NCBI GenBank assembly: GCA_035463475.1
Contig: DATHTE010000123.1
Span: forward strand, 91,775-155,774
Origin: Vicinamibacterales bacterium
Lineage (GTDB): Bacteria > Acidobacteriota > Vicinamibacteria > Vicinamibacterales > 2-12-FULL-66-21
Length of the DNA: 64,000 bases
Direction: 5' to 3'
Position numbers and translations under genes: made by a program. The notes under the pieces were generated by a model. It ran no database searches. It saw only the letters and a program-made list of their open reading frames with translations, and had not been told where the DNA came from. Of the stretch, positions 58,844 through 64,000 are shown in pieces; position 1 is the stretch's first letter; every line of letters begins with the position of its first letter.

Positions 58844-60570
58844 AAGCCGCGGGCCTGATGATCGGGATGGCGCTCGTGGCGTTGTCGCCGCCGGTGGCCA
58901 CCAACGGCGAGCGGTGGTTCGAGGACATCACCGCGAGCGCCGGCGTGGTCACGCCGCATCGCAACCGTCAGTTCGACAACGAGTACGCGACGATCATGGC
59001 CGGCTACACCGCCCTTGGCGCGTCGGCCGCCGTCGCGGACTTCGACGGCGACGGCTTCGATGACCTCTTCGTCACCGATTCGGCCGCTGACGGCCGCAAC
59101 CATCTTTATCGCAACAACGGCAACCTCACGTTCACCGACGTCGCCGCGGAGGCGGGGCTCGGCACGGGGAACGACGCGGCGAACGCGTCGGCGGACTCAC
59201 TCTGGTTCGATTTCAACAACGACGGCCGGCCGGACCTGTTCGTCATCCGGTTCGGCCGGAGCCTCCTGTTCGAGAACGTCGGGGGTGGCCGGTTCACGGA
59301 CGTGACGCGCGCGGCGGGCCTCGAACGGTATCTGAACGCGATCACGGCGGTGGCCTTCGATTACGACCACGACGGCGACCTGGACCTGGTCGTCGGCGCG
59401 TATTTCCAGCCGACGAACCTGTTCAAGCCGGACACACCGCGGTTCTTTCCTGAGAGCTTCGAGACGGCGAACAACGGCGGCGGCCTCGTGGCATTCCGCA
59501 ACACCGGGGACGGCACGTTCGCCGACGTCACCGGCACGGCCGGGCTGAGGTTGAGCGGCTGGACGCTCGACATCGGGCATGGCGACGCGAACGGGGACGG
59601 GTGGGACGACCTGTACGTCGCGTGCGACTTCGGCACGGATCGCTTCTTCGTCAACAACGGCAACGGCACTTTCACGGACCGCACCGAGAAGGCGATCGGG
59701 ATCGACACGAAGAAGGGGATGAACGCCGAGTGGGGCGACTTCGACGGCGACGGGCTGCTCGACATCTACGTCACCAACATCACCGACGACTACATGCGGG
59801 AAGGGAACTTCCTGTGGAAGAACAACGGTGACCTGACGTTCACGGACGTCTCGCGCGAGACCGGGACGCACGACACCGGGTGGGGCTGGGGCGGCAAGTT
59901 CTTCGACTACGACAGCGACGGGTGGCTGGACCTGTACGTCACGAACGGCTGGGTGTCCGCCGGCCCGGAGAACTACGTGCCCGACATCTTCGAGATGATT
60001 GTGAGGCCGGGCGTCGACCTGACGGACGCGCGCAGCTGGCCGCCCATGGGGAACAAGACGCTGAGCGGGTATCAGAAGAAGAAGCTGTTCCACAACGAGC
60101 GCGGGCAGCTGTTCGTCGATCACGCGGCGCGCCACGGGGTGGATTCGACGCGAGACGGGCGGGGCGTCGCCGTCGCCGACTTCGACAACGACGGGCGGCT
60201 GGACATGTTCGTGGCCAACGCGAACGCGCCGCCGTTCCTCTATCGAAACGTGGCCCCGCGGGGGCCCCACTGGGCGGAGTTCGTGCTCGCCGGAAAACAG
60301 TCGAACCGGTTCGGCATCGGCTCGCAGTTGCGTGTGAAGGCGGGCGGCCGGACGCTCCTCCGGATGGTGGACGGTGGCAACAGCTTCGCGGCGCAGAGCA
60401 CGACGCGGGTGCACGTCGGCCTCGGGGCCGCGGCCGTGATCGAGGCGCTCGAAGTGCGCTGGCCCTCGGGCCAGCGTCAGACGTTCAAAGACGTCCCCGT
60501 GGATCGCATTCACCGCATCGCCGAAGGCGAAACGGCCCTCGGCGCTTTTGAGGCAAAGGTGCGCAAGTAG
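58840..60570 (+). CDS. Secreted CRTAC1-family protein (FG-GAP/VCBS + ASPIC/UnbV)
   Basis: GTGA overlap at 58840-58843. Signal MKAAGLMIGMALVALSPPVA, DFDGDGFDDLFVTDS...LYRNNGNLTFTDV repeats, NRFGIGSQLRVKAGG...HVGLG...VRWPSG. Confidence 0.9.
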   Translation: MKAAGLMIGMALVALSPPVATNGERWFEDITASAGVVTPHRNRQFDNEYATIMAGYTALGASAAVADFDGDGFDDLFVTDSAADGRNHLYRNNGNLTFTDVAAEAGLGTGNDAANASADSLWFDFNNDGRPDLFVIRFGRSLLFENVGGGRFTDVTRAAGLERYLNAITAVAFDYDHDGDLDLVVGAYFQPTNLFKPDTPRFFPESFETANNGGGLVAFRNTGDGTFADVTGTAGLRLSGWTLDIGHGDANGDGWDDLYVACDFGTDRFFVNNGNGTFTDRTEKAIGIDTKKGMNAEWGDFDGDGLLDIYVTNITDDYMREGNFLWKNNGDLTFTDVSRETGTHDTGWGWGGKFFDYDSDGWLDLYVTNGWVSAGPENYVPDIFEMIVRPGVDLTDARSWPPMGNKTLSGYQKKKLFHNERGQLFVDHAARHGVDSTRDGRGVAVADFDNDGRLDMFVANANAPPFLYRNVAPRGPHWAEFVLAGKQSNRFGIGSQLRVKAGGRTLLRMVDGGNSFAAQSTTRVHVGLGAAAVIEALEVRWPSGQRQTFKDVPVDRIHRIAEGETALGAFEAKVRK

Positions 60571-61272
60571 ATGTCCACGTCCGTTGCTCTTCCCCTGGTG
60601 CTGTTGCTGTTCCTGGCGCCGGCGCAGTCGCCGGCCGCGGCCGATCCCCTGGCGAGACTCGAGCAGGCGCTCGCGGCGAATCCGGACGACCTCCGCGCCG
60701 GCAACGACTACCGCATGGCGGTCATCAAGGCGGGGCAGTACGACCGCGCCCTCGAGTTCTTCAAGCAGCTCGTCGCGTCGCACCCGTCATCATCGAACGC
60801 GCGCCTGAACTTCGGCTTCGGGTACGTGGACAAGATCCCCGCGGCCGGCTCGATCACGCAGGTGATCCTGGCGAACAACGCGCTGACGGAGTTCAGCAAA
60901 TCGCTGGAGCTGAAGCCGTCCTGGATCGGCTATTACACCCGCGGCAACAGCTATCTCTACTGGCCGAGGATCTTCGGCCGGACGAAGCTCGGAATCGCCG
61001 ACCTCGAGGAGGCCTTGAAGATCCAGAAGGGGCAACCGAAGCGAAGCTACCACGTGCGCGTCTACATCGCCCTCGGCGATGGCTACTACAAGATGGACGA
61101 CTTCGAGAAAGCGACGGCGGTGTGGAAGGAGGGGCTCGCGGCGTTCCCCGACAATGCCGCGCTGAAGCAGCGCCTCTCCGCCCAAGGTGACGCGCTGAAG
61201 CCGATCATGGACGAGACCTACGACCCGAACAGGCGAGTCGACACGAACCTCCAGGAACTATGGACGAGATAG
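60571..61272 (+). CDS. Secreted TPR-like protein (233 aa)
   Basis: It starts 1 nt after the upstream stop. Signal MSTSVALPLVLLLFLAPAQSPAAA, then helical repeats (YDRALEFFKQLVASHP, FEKATAVWKEGLAAFPDN). Confidence 0.7.
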   Translation: MSTSVALPLVLLLFLAPAQSPAAADPLARLEQALAANPDDLRAGNDYRMAVIKAGQYDRALEFFKQLVASHPSSSNARLNFGFGYVDKIPAAGSITQVILANNALTEFSKSLELKPSWIGYYTRGNSYLYWPRIFGRTKLGIADLEEALKIQKGQPKRSYHVRVYIALGDGYYKMDDFEKATAVWKEGLAAFPDNAALKQRLSAQGDALKPIMDETYDPNRRVDTNLQELWTR

Positions 61273-62999
61273 CGCACAAATCCGGCGCGGCGCGCCGGCA
61301 GACGATTGCGGGGGCCGTCGTGCTGTTGGCAGGCACGTTCGTCCTCGCCGAGCCGGGGGCCATCCGCTTCGAGGACGTCACGGCGAAGGCGGGGGTCAAG
61401 CGCCCCCACCACACGCGCACCTACAAGGGGAAGGCGGCTGACGTTCTCGGCATGTTCACCTCGGGCGGGGCGTCCGCCGCGGCCGGCGACTTCGACAATG
61501 ACGGAGACGACGACCTCTTCGTCACCGACTCGGACGAAGGCAGGACGAACCTCCTCTATCGCAACGACGGCAACTTCACGTTCACGGACGTGACCGCGAA
61601 GGCCGGGGTCGGCGGCGGCAACGATCCGCTGTCGATCGTCGCCGACGCGCTCTGGTTCGACTACGACAACGACGGCTGGCGCGACCTGCTCGTGGCGCGC
61701 TTCGGCACGCCGCTGCTCTACCACAACGAGGGGAACGGCACGTTCAGGGACGTGTCGGCGGCCAGCGGCATGAACGCGTTCGGCAACACGATTGCGGCCC
61801 TCGCCTTCGACTTCGACCGCGACGGCCGCCTCGACGTGCTGCTGGGCAACTACTTCAAGCCGGAGAACCTGATCCTGCTCAAGAGCCCCAACGTGCTGCC
61901 GAACGACCTCGACAACGCCGTCAACGGCGGCGGCGTCACGCTGTGGCGGAACCTCGGCGGCGGCCGTTTCGAGGAGGTCACGAAGAAAGCCGGCCTGGCC
62001 AACGCCATGGGCTGGACGCTGGACGTCGGCCACGGCGACTTCGACAACGACGGCCTGCCCGACGTGTACGTCGCGGGGGATTACGGCACTGACCGCGTGT
62101 ACTTCAACAACGGCGACGGGACGTTCGCCGACACGACGGAGAAGTCGATCGGCTTCGACACGCGCAAGGGCATGAACGTGGACGTCGCCGATTACGACAA
62201 CGACGGCTGGCTCGACGTCTACGTGACGAACATCACCGACGAGTACATGAAAGAGTGCAACATGCTCTGGCACAACAACGGCGACAGGACGTTCACCGAC
62301 CTGTCCCGGGAAACGGGCACGTGTGACTCGCTCTGGGGGTGGGCCGCCAAGTTCGCCGACTTCGACAACGATCGCCTCCTCGACGTGTTCGCCGTCAACG
62401 GTCTCCGCTCGGCGGGGCCCGAAAACTACATTCCGGTCCTCGTGAACATGATCACCGCGCCGGGCGTTGACTTCAGCAACGTCCACAGCTGGCCGCCGAT
62501 AGGGAACATGACGTGGAGCGGCTATCAGAAGAAGAAGTTCTTCCGGAACCTCGACGGGCACTCGTTCAAGGAGATCGGCGCCGCCGCCGGCGTGGACAAC
62601 GACCGGGACGGCCGCGGCCTCGCGGTCGCCGATTTCGACCGGGACGGCCGCCTCGACTTCTTCCAGGCGAATGCGAACCAGGAGCCCATCCTCTACCGCA
62701 ACGTCACCGAAGCACCGGGCAACTGGATCCAGCTGGATCTCGCGGGGACGACGTCGAATCGTGACGCGATCGGCGCGCGCGTGACCCTCAAGACCGGGTC
62801 GGGAAAGACGCTGGTGCGCGAGGTGGACGGCGGCAACGGTTACGCCGGTCAGAGCGCGCGACGGGTCCATTTCGGACTCGGGCGCGACACCGTCGCCTCG
62901 ATTGAGATCCGCTGGCCGAGCGGCACCCGGCAACGAGCCGACGCGCCTGCCGGCACGATCACGACGATCCGGGAAGCGGCGTCGAAAGGATCCCGGTGA
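61260..62999 (+). CDS. Secreted/anchored CRTAC1-family protein (FG-GAP/VCBS + ASPIC/UnbV)
   Basis: 13-nt overlap with the upstream gene. IAGAVVLLAGTFVLA signal anchor, DFDNDGDDDLFVTDS...LYRNDGNFTFTDV repeats, NRDAIGARVTLKTGSG...HFGLG...IRWPSG. Confidence 0.9.
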   Translation: MDEIAHKSGAARRQTIAGAVVLLAGTFVLAEPGAIRFEDVTAKAGVKRPHHTRTYKGKAADVLGMFTSGGASAAAGDFDNDGDDDLFVTDSDEGRTNLLYRNDGNFTFTDVTAKAGVGGGNDPLSIVADALWFDYDNDGWRDLLVARFGTPLLYHNEGNGTFRDVSAASGMNAFGNTIAALAFDFDRDGRLDVLLGNYFKPENLILLKSPNVLPNDLDNAVNGGGVTLWRNLGGGRFEEVTKKAGLANAMGWTLDVGHGDFDNDGLPDVYVAGDYGTDRVYFNNGDGTFADTTEKSIGFDTRKGMNVDVADYDNDGWLDVYVTNITDEYMKECNMLWHNNGDRTFTDLSRETGTCDSLWGWAAKFADFDNDRLLDVFAVNGLRSAGPENYIPVLVNMITAPGVDFSNVHSWPPIGNMTWSGYQKKKFFRNLDGHSFKEIGAAAGVDNDRDGRGLAVADFDRDGRLDFFQANANQEPILYRNVTEAPGNWIQLDLAGTTSNRDAIGARVTLKTGSGKTLVREVDGGNGYAGQSARRVHFGLGRDTVASIEIRWPSGTRQRADAPAGTITTIREAASKGSR

Positions 63000-64000
63000 G
63001 GCGTTTCGGCGGTGTCCTCGCCCTCGTCGCAGTGGTCGGCGTCGCGCTCGTCTCCCGCTGGGAGAGGCCGGTGTCCGGCCAATCGGCCGAGGCGCTCTGG
63101 CATCACCGCAATCTCGGGAAAGCGTTCTACGAGAACCCCACCACGAGCCGCCAGGCGGTCGCCGAGTTCAAGCAGGCGCTCGACCTCGCGCCGGAGTCCG
63201 CGCGCGAGCGCGTGAACTACGGCCTCGCGCTGCTGCGCGCGGGGAATACGCAGGGAGGCATCGCGGAGCTCGAGCGCGCGCAGAAGCAGGACCCCACCAT
63301 TCCGCACACCTGGTTCAATCTCGGGATCGCGTTCAAGAAAGAATCGCAATACGAGAAGGCGATCACGCAGTTCGAGAAGATGGTCACGATCGTGCCCAAC
63401 GAGCCGGTGTCGCACTACAACCTGGGATACCTCTACAAGATCACCGACCGACCCGCCGACGCGTTGAAGGAGTTCGAACTCGCGGCGAAGCTCGATCCGA
63501 ACCTCGCGGGGCCGCACTTCCAGCTTTACAACCTCTACCGGGATGCGGGCCGCGCGGAGGACGCGGCGCGCGAGCAGGCGCTCTTCCAGGAAATCAGGAA
63601 GCGCCAGGCAGGCGCCGCGGTCCCCGAGGACCTCGACTGGAGCTTCTACGCCGAGATCCTCGACCCCGTCGATCCCGCCGACGCGAAAGACGACTCCCCG
63701 GCTGTGCCGCTGAAGTTCGGCGACACGCGCCTGCCGGGCACGTTCGCGGCGGCGGGGGCCGGCGTGCTCGTGTTCGACGCCAACGGCGACGGACGCCTGG
63801 ATCTCCTCGCGTGGTCCGCCGACACCGCGCGCCTGTTCAGGAACGGCGACGCGCCGGTCGAGGACGCGGGGCTCGCTGGCCTGAAGGCCATCCGCTCGAT
63901 CTCAGCGGGCGACTACAACAACGACGGCTCTCCGGATCTCGCGGTGGTCACCGATTCGGGCGCCGCGCTCTACGCCAACGCGAAGGGCGCGTTCACGAAG
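62996..64000 (+). CDS. TPR + FG-GAP repeat protein, partial (runs off the right edge)
   Basis: Own translation from GTG 62996 (GTGA overlap): VRRFGGVLALVAVVGVALVS (signal/anchor) ...HHRNLGKAFYENP...EFKQALDLAPES...HTWFNLGIAFKKESQYEKAI (TPRs) ...VFDANGDGRLDLLAW...GDYNNDGSPDLAVV (FG-GAP). The frame is open to 64000. It is absent from the track because there is no stop. Confidence 0.8.
   Translation, partial: MRRFGGVLALVAVVGVALVSRWERPVSGQSAEALWHHRNLGKAFYENPTTSRQAVAEFKQALDLAPESARERVNYGLALLRAGNTQGGIAELERAQKQDPTIPHTWFNLGIAFKKESQYEKAITQFEKMVTIVPNEPVSHYNLGYLYKITDRPADALKEFELAAKLDPNLAGPHFQLYNLYRDAGRAEDAAREQALFQEIRKRQAGAAVPEDLDWSFYAEILDPVDPADAKDDSPAVPLKFGDTRLPGTFAAAGAGVLVFDANGDGRLDLLAWSADTARLFRNGDAPVEDAGLAGLKAIRSISAGDYNNDGSPDLAVVTDSGAALYANAKGAFTK

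Noticed and set aside
1-64000. Search for rRNA, tRNA, tmRNA, integrase/transposase, phage or toxin-antitoxin genes
   Set aside because: No intergenic region contains tRNA-like acceptor/T-arm sequence that I could recognise. The one GGTTCGAA match (about 9838) lies inside a coding region. No ORF shows DDE/tyrosine-recombinase/phage motifs. The window appears to be stable chromosome rather than a mobile island.

Overview
GC-rich bacterial chromosomal window. Codon position 3 is overwhelmingly G/C, so most long ORFs in the track are antisense artefacts of real genes. The gene content (many CRTAC1 / ASPIC-UnbV FG-GAP proteins, TPR proteins, Tat/Sec exported proteins) looks like an Acidobacteriota-type soil bacterium, but the taxon cannot be verified from sequence alone. 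I call about 55 protein-coding genes. I found no rRNA, tRNA, CRISPR array, transposase or integrase.

Layout:
- 1-14 kb: a glycosyltransferase operon, Crp/Fnr regulator, Zn-ADH, SAM methyltransferase, VOC protein, xylulokinase, and a histidine kinase / NarL-type regulator / Tat-exported CRTAC1 operon.
- 14.0-21.6 kb: an unusual lipid/polyketide-like operon. It encodes a ketosynthase, a Cys-less KS partner, an HMG-CoA-reductase-fold enzyme, a CrtI-like oxidoreductase, an ACP and a degenerate-SDR::acyltransferase fusion.
- 21.8-34.7 kb: a tightly coupled 9-gene operon of mostly unknown function. It encodes an ABC1 kinase, an ABC1 pseudokinase, two DUF1702-like proteins sharing an N-terminal module, an 827-aa unknown, a flavin-halogenase-like enzyme, a carotenoid-cleavage-type oxygenase and a DinB-fold protein.
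- 34.9-40.5 kb: an ABC transporter without a binding protein, a ClC channel and a porin.
- 40.6-53.3 kb: two divergent operons carrying paralogous copies of a thioredoxin-like protein plus a signal-less TPR-CRTAC1 protein. One of them also carries a second ABC1 kinase / pseudokinase pair, a TauE permease and a BBE-type FAD oxidase.
- 53.3-64 kb: MaoC dehydratase, FadL-type porin, DUF1059, and three exported CRTAC1 genes with TPR proteins.

The most interesting signal is the 14-53 kb supercluster. It has recurring paralogous modules (ABC1 kinase/pseudokinase pairs, Trx-like/CRTAC1 pairs, a shared N-terminal roughly 90-aa module, a shared unknown C-terminal domain) wrapped around lipid-tailoring chemistry. 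There are also several structured non-coding repeats: a perfect 15-bp tandem repeat, a roughly 40-bp degenerate repeat array, and a roughly 300-bp palindrome built from ATCGG heptads.

All family assignments come from reading motifs by eye and need HMM confirmation.
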